DNA of 64,000 bases from the NCBI GenBank assembly GCA_050014195.1, contig JBEKDT010000018.1, forward strand, positions 31,686 to 95,685. The letters are read 5' to 3'. The position numbers and the translations under genes were made by a program. Below the pieces are notes generated by a model. The model had not been told where the DNA came from, made no database searches, and saw only the letters and a list, made by a program, of their open reading frames with translations. Of this stretch, positions 20,344-31,201 are shown in pieces (position 1 is the first letter of the stretch; every line of letters starts with the position of its first letter). The DNA comes from Desulfomonilia bacterium. Its GTDB lineage: Bacteria > Desulfobacterota > Desulfomonilia > UBA1062.

Positions 20344-20355
20344 GGAGGTTTTTCT

Positions 20356-21534
20356 ATGAAGATATCGAGGCTCGTATCCAAGATCCCGGGATCACCGACA
20401 CTGGCCTTGACCGCCAAGGTCAATGAGCTCAAGGCTTTAGGCAAGGATGTCATCGGATTTACTGCAGGTGAACCGGATTTCGATACCCCTGAGAATATAA
20501 AGAATTCAGCTATTGAAGCCTTGGCCCGGGGAAAAACGAAGTACACACCTGTGGGCGGCACACCCAAACTCAAGGAAGCGGTCTGCGCAAACATCAATGA
20601 GGATTACGGGATTTCCGTGTCTCCCGAGAATGTCATCGTCTCTTGCGGTGCAAAGCACAGCCTGTACAACCTCTTTCTTACCCTGTTTGAAGGTGGGGAT
20701 GAGGTGATCTGTCCCGGACCGTACTGGGTATCGTACCCACCCATGGTTGAGATGACCGGCGCAACCCCTGTGATCATCGACACCAGGCCCACCGGCATGA
20801 AACTCCATGCCGACATGGTGGCAGAGGCGATCACCAGGCGCACGAAAGGCATCATCATCAATTCACCATCGAACCCTACCGGCATGGTCATTGAAAAGAA
20901 CGAGCTGGAAAAGATTGCCGAGTTGTGTGTAAGGCATGATATCATAATCATCTCTGATGATATTTATCGCAAGATCATATTCAACGGGCTCTCATTCTTC
21001 AGCCCTGCCATGATATCACCCGCGGTCGCCGGAAGGACCTTCATCATCGATGGGTCCTCCAAGACCTATGCCATGACCGGGTGGCGCATAGGTTACTGTA
21101 TAGGTGACAGCAAGGTTATCAAGGCTATGGAAAGACTCCAGAGCCAGAGTACATCGAATCCGACCAGCTTTGCCCAGGATGGCGCCATTACTTCTTTAAC
21201 CAACGGCCGGATCAACTCGATCGTGGATGAGAGAAGGCGGATATTCGAAAAACGAAGAGACCTTATCGTTACCAAGCTCAAAGAGATCCCCGGGATTGAT
21301 GTTATACCTCCGAACGGGACCTTCTATGCCTTCCCCTCAATAAACGGGTACATGGACCGGTTCGGCAACTCAACCGCCTTCTCGGAATACCTGATCGAAA
21401 AGGCCTTAGTGGCGCTCGTTCCGGGCGGTGAATTCGGCGCTCCGAACCATGTGAGGTTTTCATTTGCCACATCTGAAGAAAATATTATCAAGGGGCTGAA
21501 TAGGATAAAGGAGGCCCTCGCATCGCTTAAATAA
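20356..21534 (+). CDS. class I PLP-dependent (aspartate-type) aminotransferase
   Basis: GEPDFDTP, NSPSNPTG, DDIY, SKTYAMTGWRIG. Confidence 0.93.
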   Translation: MKISRLVSKIPGSPTLALTAKVNELKALGKDVIGFTAGEPDFDTPENIKNSAIEALARGKTKYTPVGGTPKLKEAVCANINEDYGISVSPENVIVSCGAKHSLYNLFLTLFEGGDEVICPGPYWVSYPPMVEMTGATPVIIDTRPTGMKLHADMVAEAITRRTKGIIINSPSNPTGMVIEKNELEKIAELCVRHDIIIISDDIYRKIIFNGLSFFSPAMISPAVAGRTFIIDGSSKTYAMTGWRIGYCIGDSKVIKAMERLQSQSTSNPTSFAQDGAITSLTNGRINSIVDERRRIFEKRRDLIVTKLKEIPGIDVIPPNGTFYAFPSINGYMDRFGNSTAFSEYLIEKALVALVPGGEFGAPNHVRFSFATSEENIIKGLNRIKEALASLK

Positions 21535-21631
21535 TGCTTTGGAGAAATTCGTATCGAGACGGAAGGGCCGCAAACAATGCCATCAGGTGAATGTATGCAT
21601 CTGATGGGCAGACCATAAACCTTAAAACATT

Positions 21632-22453
21632 CTATACCCTGCACCTAACCTCCTTGCTGCTGAACGGGCAGATGAACACTATCTCGCAGGCCGTGAGCCT
21701 CATGGGCCGGCCGTCTTTATTGCCCTTGCCGTAGCGTGGGTCGCCCATGACCGGGTGGCCGGCGGCGGCGAGGTGGCGGCGGATCTGGTGGAGCCTGCCG
21801 GTTTCGATCTCTACCAGCAGGCTAGAAGTGTTCGCATCCGGATCGTAGGAAAGCACGCTATATCTCGTGACTGCCGGCTTGTGGTCAAGGGGCATCTCGA
21901 TGGTCCCCTGCCCTTTTTCCATCTCGCCGAGCGCCTCCACCCGGTAGCGCTTGATCACATCACGGCCCTTAAAGAGGTTTGATAAACCGGACGCCGCCTG
22001 CTTTGTATGGGCGACTATCACCAGGCCTTGAGCCTCCCGGTCGAGCCGGTGCACAAGGAATGCCCCGCGCCTCGGGGTGAAGTGTGTCTCCACCTGCCTC
22101 AGGAGCGAGCAGTGGTCGCCGAATTCCGTACCCTGGGTAAGCAGGCCTGCCGGCTTGTGCCAGATGCTGTAGTGCTGCTTGTCCATCACACATTGGGCTT
22201 GAGGCGGTTCGATGGAAAGAAGGGCAGAATCGTAGAAGAGCTCGACACGGTCTCCGGGCTTTAACACGGCGGTGGCCCTGCGCATGCGCTCACGGCCCTT
22301 TCCCTTCCTGCAAATCCAGGCAGCACCTTTGTTCATGGCGTCCTTGATGCGTGCCTTGGCCAGGCCGGTATTGGCGGCAAGAAAGTCACTGGCTTGAAGG
22401 GGGCCGCCGGAGCCGACTGCCTTTTTGAAAATGATCTTTTCATCCGCTGTCAT
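21632..22453 (-). CDS. RluA-family pseudouridine synthase
   Basis: KPAGL, HRLD, TGRLHQIR, GDPRYG. Confidence 0.92.
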   Translation of the reverse strand: MTADEKIIFKKAVGSGGPLQASDFLAANTGLAKARIKDAMNKGAAWICRKGKGRERMRRATAVLKPGDRVELFYDSALLSIEPPQAQCVMDKQHYSIWHKPAGLLTQGTEFGDHCSLLRQVETHFTPRRGAFLVHRLDREAQGLVIVAHTKQAASGLSNLFKGRDVIKRYRVEALGEMEKGQGTIEMPLDHKPAVTRYSVLSYDPDANTSSLLVEIETGRLHQIRRHLAAAGHPVMGDPRYGKGNKDGRPMRLTACEIVFICPFSSKEVRCRV

Positions 22454-22513
22454 GGATATTCATTACCCCTGTTTCAATTTGATTAAACGTGAAGATTAAA
22501 ACACCTATTTACG

Positions 22514-22553
22514 CACCCCCTCCCCTTGATCCCCTCCCGCCAGGGGAGGGGAA
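22514..22553. repeat. GC-rich REP-like hairpin
   Basis: CACCCCCTCCCCTTGA followed by the stem-loop TCCCCTCCC-GCCA-GGGGAGGGGA. Confidence 0.6.
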
Positions 22554-22700
22554 CTCAAACTTTTTACGGGATTATCGATATTGTATGGATGGCATACTCA
22601 TTTCGAGCGATGCGAGAATCCTTGTCCCTACCAAAGGGGGCGATGACACAAATGGGTACCCCGGGTACGAGGGATGATCCGCCGAGGAAATCCAAAAACC

Positions 22701-24497
22701 TCACGCCCCCTGCATCAGTGCCTTGATCTCGTCATGGTCGATCTTTTCCTTGTCCAGCAGCAGGCTCGCGCCTTTGGCAAGCACATCCCTCCTCTGTTTA
22801 AGGATATCCAGGGCGACCTTATACTGGGCAAAGATGATCTGCCGGATCTCTTTGTCAATGGCCTGCGCCGTTGATTCGCTGTAATCGCCGCGATTTTCCA
22901 TGCCGAGGTCCATAAACTGCGAGCGTCTGTCATGGGCGAGGTAGACCTGGCCTAATGAATCGCTCATGCCGTATTCCTTGACCATGCTCCTGGCGATATC
23001 CGTGGCGCGGGACAGGTCGTTGTGCGCACCGGTGGATATATCGCTGAAGATAATCTCCTCTGCCGCCCTGCCGCCGAGCAGGGATGCGATCTTGTTTAGG
23101 AGCTCGGTCTTGCTCATGAGAAACCGGTCCTCTGTGGGCACCTGCATGGTGTAGCCGAGCGCGGCAATACCCCGGGGGATGATGGAGATCTTCTGGACAG
23201 GGTCCGTGCCGGGCAGGCTCATGGCGACTATTGCGTGGCCCATCTCATGGTGCGCCACCACTTCCCTCTCATGCTGATTGATGAGCCGGTTCTTCTTCTC
23301 GAGCCCGCCGATGATACGTTCCACCGCCTCCTGGAACTCGCTCATGCCCACGAGCTTCTTGTTCCGCCTGACCGCGAGCAGCGCCGCCTCATTCGCGAGG
23401 TTCGCCAGGTCGGCGCCCACCATGCCGGGTGTCATGGCAGCGAGCTTCTCAACATCGACATCGGGTTCGGTTTTGACATTCCTTAAGTGAACCTTGAGGA
23501 TATCCGCCCTGCCGACCTTGTCGGGACGATCCACGAGGATATGGCGGTCAAACCTTCCCGGCCTGAGCAATGCAGGGTCCAGGATCTCGGGCCGGTTGGT
23601 GGCCGCCATGAGGATGACCCCCACCTTTGAGTCGAAGCCGTCCATCTCCACCAGGAGCTGATTGAGGGTCTGCTCGCGCTCGTCATGGCCACCCATGACG
23701 CCGCCGAGCCCTCGCGCCTTGCCCAGTGCATCGAGCTCATCGATGAAGATGATGCAGGGGGCCTTCTCCTTGGCCTGGACGAAGAGGTCCCTCACCCGGG
23801 CGGCGCCAAGGCCCACGAACATCTCCACGAAGTCGGACCCGCTCATACTGAAGAACGGCACACCGCTTTCCCCGGCCACTGCCTTTGCCAGCAGGGTCTT
23901 TCCGGTGCCCGGAGGCCCCACTAAAAGGATGCCCTTGGGGATCTTGCCACCAAGCTCGCCGAACTTCCCAGGGTTCTTGAGGAAGTCGATCACCTCCACG
24001 AGCTCCTGCTTCGCCTCATCCACGCCCGCCACATCGGTGAACCTCACATTGAGCTCATTTTCCATATAGATCTTGGCCTTGTTCTTGCCGAGCGACATGA
24101 AACCGGGCTGCTGGCCCGCCATACGCTTCATGAAAAGGTACCAGATCCCGATGAATAGGAAGATAGGCAGCACCCAGGAGATGATGTCCCTCAGGAAGGT
24201 GGACTCGATCTCGCCTTTGAATGTGACACCATACTGTTCCAGGGTCTTCGAGAGCTCCTGGTCGACCCGCACGGTTTTAAATTCTTCAGCCTTTCCCTGA
24301 GAGTCCTTCATCTTCCCCTGGATCTTGTCCTGAGTAACGGCGATCTCGGTGACCTTGCCTGTCTTGAGCAACATCATGAACTGGCTGTAGGGGATGGTCT
24401 TCACTGCGAACATCGATGCGATGTAGCTCTGGATGATAAGCACCACCCAGACCCCGATCAGGATGTAAAAAACAGAAAACTTATGCTGTTTCTCCAA
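22701..24497 (-). CDS. ftsH: ATP-dependent zinc metalloprotease FtsH
   Basis: Two TM segments, [16 protein letters not shown] motif [23 protein letters not shown]; TTG start after GGGAGG. Confidence 0.96.
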   Translation of the reverse strand: MEKQHKFSVFYILIGVWVVLIIQSYIASMFAVKTIPYSQFMMLLKTGKVTEIAVTQDKIQGKMKDSQGKAEEFKTVRVDQELSKTLEQYGVTFKGEIESTFLRDIISWVLPIFLFIGIWYLFMKRMAGQQPGFMSLGKNKAKIYMENELNVRFTDVAGVDEAKQELVEVIDFLKNPGKFGELGGKIPKGILLVGPPGTGKTLLAKAVAGESGVPFFSMSGSDFVEMFVGLGAARVRDLFVQAKEKAPCIIFIDELDALGKARGLGGVMGGHDEREQTLNQLLVEMDGFDSKVGVILMAATNRPEILDPALLRPGRFDRHILVDRPDKVGRADILKVHLRNVKTEPDVDVEKLAAMTPGMVGADLANLANEAALLAVRRNKKLVGMSEFQEAVERIIGGLEKKNRLINQHEREVVAHHEMGHAIVAMSLPGTDPVQKISIIPRGIAALGYTMQVPTEDRFLMSKTELLNKIASLLGGRAAEEIIFSDISTGAHNDLSRATDIARSMVKEYGMSDSLGQVYLAHDRRSQFMDLGMENRGDYSESTAQAIDKEIRQIIFAQYKVALDILKQRRDVLAKGASLLLDKEKIDHDEIKALMQGA

Positions 24498-24613
24498 GTA
24501 GGGCCCTCCCCTTCATCTATGGCTTATAGTGAAGTAAATATTACTATAGTTAAGATCGCGGCTATTGTACTGCAAGAGGGCATGATCTGCAAACATTTGA
24601 GAACCGGACAATC

Positions 24614-24658
24614 GGTGAACAGTGACCAGTGATCAGAAAAGAAGTGAGTGGTGACTAG
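24614..24658 (+). repeat. degenerate heptamer tandem repeat
   Basis: GGTGAAC AGTGACC AGTGATC ... AGTGAGT GGTGACT. Confidence 0.6.
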
Positions 24659-24733
24659 ATCAATGGATAAGAGCCATGGCTGAACCATTATCATTCATGG
24701 AATCATCTAACAATGATTCAGGGGGATTAAAAT

Positions 24734-25807
24734 ATGTTTAAGAAAATCATGAAAGGACTGATAACCATGATGTTTGTCCTGCCACTGTCTACCGGGATCT
24801 CGGCTGACACAAAATATGAATTGGCCACCTTCGCGGGGGGATGTTTCTGGTGTATGGTGCATCCCTTTGATAAGCTCCCAGGGGTGAAAGAGGTTATATC
24901 GGGCTATACAGGAGGCCACACCATCAACCCTACCTATGAAGAGAACTCATCCGGGACAACGGGCCATGCCGAGTCCATCCAGGTGACCTATGACCCGGCG
25001 AAGATATCGTATGCGGACCTGCTGGAGGTGTTCTGGCGGCAAATAGATCCGACCGATGCCGGAGGGCAGTTTGTGGATAGGGGAAACCAGTATAGAAGCG
25101 CCATCTTCTACCATAACGATGAGCAGAAGAGACTCGCAGAGGAGTCCCGGGACCGGCTCGCAAAGTCCGGCAGGTTCAAAAAGCCCATCGTCACCGAGAT
25201 CGTGAAGGCAGGCACGTTCTATAAGGCAGAAGAATACCACCAATATTACTACAAGAAGAACCCCATCCGGTATAAGTACTACCGGTTCAACTCAGGCCGT
25301 GACCAGTTCCTTGATAAGGTCTGGGGGAAAGACAGGGATTATGTGCCCGCAAAGACCGGAACTGGTTCGTACACCAAGCCGAGTGCGGAGGTCCTGAAAA
25401 AGAAGCTCACACCAATGCAGTTCAAGGTCACCCAGAAAGAGGGAACGGAACCGCCCTTTGACAATACCTACTGGAACAACAAGCACGAGGGCATCTATGT
25501 GGACGTGGTCTCCGGAGAGCCGCTGTTCAGCTCCAAGGACAAGTACGATTCGGGCACGGGCTGGCCGAGCTTCACCAAGCCTCTGGAGCCGGGTAATATC
25601 GTGGAGAAGAAGGACAGGAGCCTTTTCACGACAAGGACAGAGGTCAGGAGCAGGCATGCCGATTCTCATCTCGGGCATGTCTTTGATGATGGGCCGCCGC
25701 CTACGGGGCTGCGCTACTGCATGAACTCGGCCGCATTGCGCTTCATCCCCAAGGAGGACCTGGAAAAGGACGGCTATGGCCAGTACCTCAAGCTCTTCGA
25801 AAAATGA
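24734..25807 (+). CDS. msrAB: exported bifunctional methionine sulfoxide reductase MsrA/MsrB
   Basis: Signal peptide; GGCFWC, GYTGG, AEEYHQ (MsrA); [24 protein letters not shown] (MsrB). Confidence 0.95.
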   Translation: MFKKIMKGLITMMFVLPLSTGISADTKYELATFAGGCFWCMVHPFDKLPGVKEVISGYTGGHTINPTYEENSSGTTGHAESIQVTYDPAKISYADLLEVFWRQIDPTDAGGQFVDRGNQYRSAIFYHNDEQKRLAEESRDRLAKSGRFKKPIVTEIVKAGTFYKAEEYHQYYYKKNPIRYKYYRFNSGRDQFLDKVWGKDRDYVPAKTGTGSYTKPSAEVLKKKLTPMQFKVTQKEGTEPPFDNTYWNNKHEGIYVDVVSGEPLFSSKDKYDSGTGWPSFTKPLEPGNIVEKKDRSLFTTRTEVRSRHADSHLGHVFDDGPPPTGLRYCMNSAALRFIPKEDLEKDGYGQYLKLFEK

Positions 25808-25918
25808 TTGTCCGGATAATGATATAATTGACTGAAGAGGGCATTTCTTTTTAGCATGCAATAGGCTATTCCAGGTATATGTATACCTTATGGGTATATA
25901 CAAAGAATATATCGGTGG

Positions 25919-27268
25919 TTGAAAATGTCCGGGCCATTATTAAATATCCTCGTCGTTGACGATGAGCTGAACATCCGCAAGACCCTGACGGTCTTCCTCG
26001 AGACCGAGGGGCATAAGGTTGTTGCCGTCAGTAATTTCCAGGATGCCGTTTCAGAGAACTCACGGCATTCTTTTGATATGGCCTTTGTGGACCTGAGACT
26101 CGGGACCCAAAGCGGCCTCGACCTCATTCCCGTGCTGATGGCTGCTTCACCCTGGATCAAGATCGTGGTGATAACGGCCTATGCATCGATCGATACGGCC
26201 GTGGAGGCGATAAAGCGGGGTGCAACGGATTATATCCCCAAACCGTTCACCCCTGCCCAGGTAAAATTGGCCGTTCAAAAGACAGCCGAGGTACGTTCTC
26301 TTGAGCAGCATGTTGATGCCCTCCGGACGGATCTGCACCGAATCAATCCGGAGATGGAATTCACCAGCAGAAGTCCTGTCATGCAGCGAACTATCGAGCT
26401 CGCCAGGCAGGTGGCATCGACCGACTCGATCATCCTGTTGACCGGTGAAAACGGCACCGGCAAGAGCGTGCTCGCGCGGGCGATTCATGCCTGGAGCAGC
26501 CGCTCCAACAAGCCATTTGCCGAGATCTCATGCCCGAGCCTCTCACCGGAGCTCCTGGAGAGCGAGCTCTTCGGCCATGTCAAAGGGGCCTTTACCGGGG
26601 CAGTCAGGGACAATCCAGGGCGGATCGCCTCGTGTGAAGGCGGGACCCTTTTCCTCGACGAGATCGGCGATCTCCCCCTTTCCGTGCAACCCAAGCTCTT
26701 GAGGTTTATCCAGGAAAGGCAGTATGAGCGCCTGGGCGACCATGCCACCCGAAAGGCGGACATGAGACTGGTTACGGCCACGAACACCAATCTGGAGCAG
26801 GCCGTTAAGGACCACAGGTTTCGCGAAGACCTCTACTACCGGCTCAATGTGATCCCCATCGAGATCCCTCCGCTTCGTGAACGGTCTGAGGATATAGCCG
26901 CCCTTGCCGTAGCGATGCTCTCCTTTTTTGCCCGGAACAACCACCGCCCCGTGCAGCGCTTCACAGACAAAGCAATGAATGCCCTGAAAAGCTATGCCTG
27001 GCCGGGGAATGTCCGCGAGCTCCGTAATGTCGTGGAAAGGGCTTCCATCCTGTGTCCTTACGAGCTCGTAGGGACCGAATTCCTCCCGGAGGCACTCGAA
27101 ACCGAAGGAGAATCCATAAAGCCCGGAGATCTCGTTTCCATCGAGAGGCTTGAAGAGATGCACATCCGCCACGTCCTGGCTTCGACAAAATCCTTGCAGG
27201 AGGCCGCCGACATCCTCGGGATCGATCAGGCAACGCTCTGGAGGCGGCGGAAGCGATACAATATCTGA
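25919..27268 (+). CDS. sigma-54-dependent response regulator (NtrC/AlgB-like)
   Basis: REC domain, GENGTGKS, ESELFGH, GAFTGA, WPGNVREL, C-terminal Fis-type HTH. Confidence 0.95.
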   Translation: MKMSGPLLNILVVDDELNIRKTLTVFLETEGHKVVAVSNFQDAVSENSRHSFDMAFVDLRLGTQSGLDLIPVLMAASPWIKIVVITAYASIDTAVEAIKRGATDYIPKPFTPAQVKLAVQKTAEVRSLEQHVDALRTDLHRINPEMEFTSRSPVMQRTIELARQVASTDSIILLTGENGTGKSVLARAIHAWSSRSNKPFAEISCPSLSPELLESELFGHVKGAFTGAVRDNPGRIASCEGGTLFLDEIGDLPLSVQPKLLRFIQERQYERLGDHATRKADMRLVTATNTNLEQAVKDHRFREDLYYRLNVIPIEIPPLRERSEDIAALAVAMLSFFARNNHRPVQRFTDKAMNALKSYAWPGNVRELRNVVERASILCPYELVGTEFLPEALETEGESIKPGDLVSIERLEEMHIRHVLASTKSLQEAADILGIDQATLWRRRKRYNI

Positions 27269-27277
27269 AAGAACGCC

Positions 27278-27323
27278 TTGAAAAATGCAAGACAACCATT
27301 ATCCATATCCTTGCAGAATGCAA
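27278..27323 (+). promoter_or_regulatory. tandem enhancer-like palindromes
   Basis: TTGAAAAATGCAA (27278) and TTGCAGAATGCAA (27311), 33 bp apart, upstream of a sigma-54 promoter. Confidence 0.65.
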
Positions 27324-27376
27324 CGAGGGTTTGTGCTCGTTGCAACTAACCCTTTGATTTCTTATGACCTTAGTCA

Positions 27377-27391
27377 TGGCACACAGATTGC
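27377..27391 (+). promoter_or_regulatory. sigma-54 -24/-12 promoter
   Basis: TGGCACACAGATTGC, an exact GG-N10-GC match, 27 bp before the kinase ATG. Confidence 0.85.
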
Positions 27392-27418
27392 GTAAGATAA
27401 AGAGGGAGGAGTGGACGG

Positions 27419-29284
27419 ATGCTGAGCTTACGACAGAAGTTGCTGGTGGGGTTCGGAGGCCTTCTGCTCATTATCATTTTTCTCGGCGTGAAGAGCATCA
27501 TCCAGGTCACGGACCTGGGGGGTGCCATCGATGCCATCCTCAGGGAGAATTACCGGAGCGTAATCGCATGCCAGGACATGAAAGAATCAATGGAGAAGAT
27601 CGATGACGGCGCGCTGCTCGTGATCCTGGGGTTTAGAAAAGACGGGATTGATGCCATCAATAAAAATGCCCCGGATTTCGAGAAGGCACTCAACACTGAA
27701 CTGCACAACATAACCCTGCCCGGCGAGGGACAAAAGGCGAACCATCTCCGGGAACTCTATGCCCGGCATAAATCCATCATACAGAACCTGGAAGATCAGT
27801 CTCTATCCCCTGGAACGCTGCGCCGGATGTATCTGACGGATCTTAAGCGGCTCTACGGGGAGATCAGCGACACTGCGGATGAGATCCTCACCATGAACCA
27901 GAAGAATATGTACGATGAAAGCCAGCATGCCCGCAAGAAGGCCGCAATTGCCAGGCATGAGATGTATGTCCTCCTGCTCATGGGGGCTGCGGTTGCTGTC
28001 TGCTACATGTTTCTGATCGGTAAATGGATCTTGAGGCCGATCAAGACCCTCACCCAGTCGGTGGACGAGATCAGGCATGGGAATCTCGACCTTGTGGTGA
28101 AGAGCAACACCCATGACGAGATCGGCCATCTCTCTGATGCATTCAACGAAATGACGGCCGGCCTCAGGGAGGTCCGCCGGAAAGATGAAGACAAGCTGAT
28201 CAGGATGCAGCAGTCCACGCAGCAGACCTTCAACATCCTTCCCAATGCGGTTGCCATGGTCGATCTGGACGGAAAGGTGGAAATATCCACGGAAACGGCC
28301 TCGAAGACCTTCGGGCTCAAGCGCGGTGTGCAGATTCAGGGTCTGCATGTCAAGTGGATGAACGACCTCTTCAAAGAGGCCCTGGCAAGTGATCCTGCTC
28401 AAATGCAGAAGAAAAGTGCACCCGTCATACAGCACTTTGTCAATGCCGAAGAACACTACTTCCAGCCCACTGCCGTACCCATCCTGAACAAATGGAAGCA
28501 GATGACGGGCGTCATCCTGGTGCTCAATGATGTCACCGAGCAGATGGAACAGGATGAGCTCAAGCGGGAGTTCATATCAACGGTCTCGCATCAGTTGAAG
28601 ACTCCGCTCACCTCGGTCCGCATGGCCCTTCACATCCTGCTCGAGGAAAAAATCGGCTCTCTGACACCTAAGCAGGCCGACCTCCTGATCGCCGCACGTG
28701 AAGACTCGGAGCGACTGCATGGTATTATCGATAACCTGCTGGACATCAGCCGTATCGAATCCGGCAAGATAGAGATGAATATACAGCCGGTCTCTCCCGC
28801 TCAGCTCGTCCTCAAGGCCGCCGAGTCTTTCCGGAGCTCAGCCCATGACCACGGTGTGGAACTGGCAACAGAACTGCCGGACGATTTACCGCATGTCTCT
28901 GCGGATACGATCCAGATCTCTCATGTCTTTGCCAACCTCATTTCGAATGCCCTGAAGTACACTGCGTCCGGCGGCAAAATCATTGTCTCTGCCCAGGCCG
29001 ACAGGGAGCTTGTCAGCTTCAAAGTGTCCGATACCGGTCAAGGCATTGATGTCCAATACCTTCCCCGGGTATTCGACCGGTTTTTCCGGGTACCCGGTCA
29101 GGAAATGGAGACAGGCACCGGACTGGGCCTTGCGATAGTCAAGGAGATCGTCGAGGCACACGAGGGGACCGTGAATGTTGAAAGTACCATCGGCATAGGA
29201 AGCACCTTCTCCTTTACCCTTCCGAGATCGGATAGAATCAAGGTTCTCACGAGCGAAAAAGAGGAACAGACATGGTTGATGTGA
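27419..29284 (+). CDS. sensor histidine kinase (TM, four-helix periplasmic domain, HAMP, PAS, HisKA, HATPase; KinB-like)
   Basis: DEIGHLSDAFNEM HAMP, VSHQLKTPL, NLISNALKY, DTGQGI, GTGLGL. Confidence 0.93.
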   Translation: MLSLRQKLLVGFGGLLLIIIFLGVKSIIQVTDLGGAIDAILRENYRSVIACQDMKESMEKIDDGALLVILGFRKDGIDAINKNAPDFEKALNTELHNITLPGEGQKANHLRELYARHKSIIQNLEDQSLSPGTLRRMYLTDLKRLYGEISDTADEILTMNQKNMYDESQHARKKAAIARHEMYVLLLMGAAVAVCYMFLIGKWILRPIKTLTQSVDEIRHGNLDLVVKSNTHDEIGHLSDAFNEMTAGLREVRRKDEDKLIRMQQSTQQTFNILPNAVAMVDLDGKVEISTETASKTFGLKRGVQIQGLHVKWMNDLFKEALASDPAQMQKKSAPVIQHFVNAEEHYFQPTAVPILNKWKQMTGVILVLNDVTEQMEQDELKREFISTVSHQLKTPLTSVRMALHILLEEKIGSLTPKQADLLIAAREDSERLHGIIDNLLDISRIESGKIEMNIQPVSPAQLVLKAAESFRSSAHDHGVELATELPDDLPHVSADTIQISHVFANLISNALKYTASGGKIIVSAQADRELVSFKVSDTGQGIDVQYLPRVFDRFFRVPGQEMETGTGLGLAIVKEIVEAHEGTVNVESTIGIGSTFSFTLPRSDRIKVLTSEKEEQTWLM

Positions 29285-29365
29285 TCTCCATTGTATCCGC
29301 ATTCTTTCAAGGATGGGTATTATCCTGATCTTAAAAAAGCAGATCCGAACAGGAACATAAAATAA

Positions 29366-31060
29366 ATGACCCCAGATAGAACCGATGCATTCTTACGAAT
29401 GATCCGCCTGTCCCAACGTGGACGGTTGAAGATATACCTTGGATATGCCGCAGGTGTCGGGAAGACCTATGAGATGCTCCAGGAGGCACACCGGCTCAAG
29501 GCGGAAGGCATCGATGTGGTGGTCGGTCTGGTCGAAACGCACGGCCGGGCGGGGACCGCCAAACTCCTGGAAGGCCTTGAAATAATCCCCAGGCGGAAGC
29601 AGGAATATCAAGGGATGATCCTGGAGGAAATGGATCTCGATGCCATTCTGAAACGCAAACCGGGAATCGTTCTTGTAGACGAACTTGCCCATACAAACGT
29701 ACCAGAGAGCCGGAATCCCAAACGCTATCAGGATGTCCAGGATATCCTTAGCCAAGGGATTCATGTCATCACGACCTTAAATATTCAACACCTGGAGAGC
29801 CTCTATGATGTCGTTGAGAGGGCTTCCGGAGTCAAGGTGCATGAGCGTCTTCCCGACTCTATCCTGACCGAGGCGGACCAGATCGTAAACGTCGACGTAA
29901 CCACCGAAGACTTAAACGACCGGCTGAAGGAGGGTAAGATATATCCCAAGGAAAGGGTCGAGACCGCCCTGGCGAACTTCTTCAAAAAATCGAATCTGAC
30001 TCAGCTCCGCGAACTTACCCTTCGAGAGCTCGCCTCACAACTCGACGTGCGCTCCCGGGACGACCAGGAAAAAGACATGAGTGCAACCCCGGACCAGATA
30101 ATGGTTTGTCTCAGCAGCAGGGGACCCAACAGCGAAAGGCTCCTCAGGTATGCGTCACGGGTGGCCGGCAGGCTCAACCGCAACTGGTACGCCGTATATG
30201 TCCAGACACCCTCCGAAGACCCGATGGTCATTGACGCCAAGATCCAGCGCCTCATTTCGAATACACTCACCCTTGCCAAGCAGCTCGGTGCAATCGTCTT
30301 CACGTTCAAGGGAGAAGACATCGTGAGCACCATCCTGCAGTTTGCAAAGGAGTACCGGGTCGGTCACATCGTCATCGGCAGCCCTGATAAGATCCCTTTC
30401 AGAAAACGGATATTCGGCAGACGGAGCATTGCCGAACGCCTTATCCAGGAGGCGGTGGGCGTCACGGTCGTTGTCCTGGATACCAAGACATCCGAGTCGG
30501 AGTATGCCCCTAAGGTGGAAGAAAAGGCTGTCCCAACGAAACCGAGCTCATCACATGCCCCTTCTCCGGGAGACGACCATGGAGGCTTAAGCCGGTTTCT
30601 CTCACCCAAAGGTATCCTCATCTGGAATGAGCCGGTAGCAAGTGATGTCCTGTTGCAAGGGCTTACGGAGGTTGCCGCACAATGCGCGAACGACTCTCAT
30701 CAAAGTCTGAAATACCTTTCGGCCATCCTGGAAAGAGAAACCCAGGGGTCTACCTTTTTCAACGAAGGGGTTGCCTTTCCCCATGCGAGGATCGAGGGAC
30801 TTGAACATGCATGTGTTGCGTTCGGACTTACCCATGGAGGTGTTTCCGATGTGACGACCGACAATCCCATTAAATGTGTTTTCCTCATTTTATCACCAAT
30901 GGAAAACCCTGACCAACAGATCCAGATCCTGGGTCTTGCCAGCAAGCTGGCCCAGGACAGGCACCTCATGGGCACGCTCCAATCCGCCATGAGACCCGAT
31001 GAAGCGTATGAAGCCATCCGCGATTGGGAATTTATCCAGGACAATAAGACGGATGAATAA
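29366..31060 (+). CDS. KdpD N-terminal domain-Usp-PTS EIIA fusion without TM or kinase domains
   Basis: GRLKIYLGYAAGVGKTY, VDELAHTN, TTLNIQHLESL (KdpD-N); Usp region IMVCLSS..HIVIG; C-terminal ERETQGSTFFNEGVAFPHAR (EIIA phospho-His motif). Confidence 0.9.
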   Translation: MTPDRTDAFLRMIRLSQRGRLKIYLGYAAGVGKTYEMLQEAHRLKAEGIDVVVGLVETHGRAGTAKLLEGLEIIPRRKQEYQGMILEEMDLDAILKRKPGIVLVDELAHTNVPESRNPKRYQDVQDILSQGIHVITTLNIQHLESLYDVVERASGVKVHERLPDSILTEADQIVNVDVTTEDLNDRLKEGKIYPKERVETALANFFKKSNLTQLRELTLRELASQLDVRSRDDQEKDMSATPDQIMVCLSSRGPNSERLLRYASRVAGRLNRNWYAVYVQTPSEDPMVIDAKIQRLISNTLTLAKQLGAIVFTFKGEDIVSTILQFAKEYRVGHIVIGSPDKIPFRKRIFGRRSIAERLIQEAVGVTVVVLDTKTSESEYAPKVEEKAVPTKPSSSHAPSPGDDHGGLSRFLSPKGILIWNEPVASDVLLQGLTEVAAQCANDSHQSLKYLSAILERETQGSTFFNEGVAFPHARIEGLEHACVAFGLTHGGVSDVTTDNPIKCVFLILSPMENPDQQIQILGLASKLAQDRHLMGTLQSAMRPDEAYEAIRDWEFIQDNKTDE

Positions 31061-31089
31061 TGAATACACAAAAAAGGAGGACCTACCCT

Positions 31090-31185
31090 ATGAACCTGAT
31101 AATCTGGTTTCCGGCAATGTTTCTCTTGGGCCTGGTATCCATGGGCCTTTGTTTCCTGTTCTTGAAAGCGTGCGAGAAAATCTAA
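31090..31185 (+). CDS. 31-aa hydrophobic membrane peptide upstream of kdpF
   Basis: AAGGAGG RBS; MNLIIWFPAMFLLGLVSMGLCFLFLKACEKI*; below the ORF-track cutoff. Confidence 0.75.
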   Translation: MNLIIWFPAMFLLGLVSMGLCFLFLKACEKI

Positions 31186-31201
31186 AAATGAGGTGATGCC
31201 A

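Noticed and set aside
27270-27418. c-di-AMP (ydaO) riboswitch upstream of the kdp genes
   Set aside because: No ydaO consensus elements seen here or in the other kdp intergenic regions; the region is explained by the sigma-54 promoter and enhancer-like sites.
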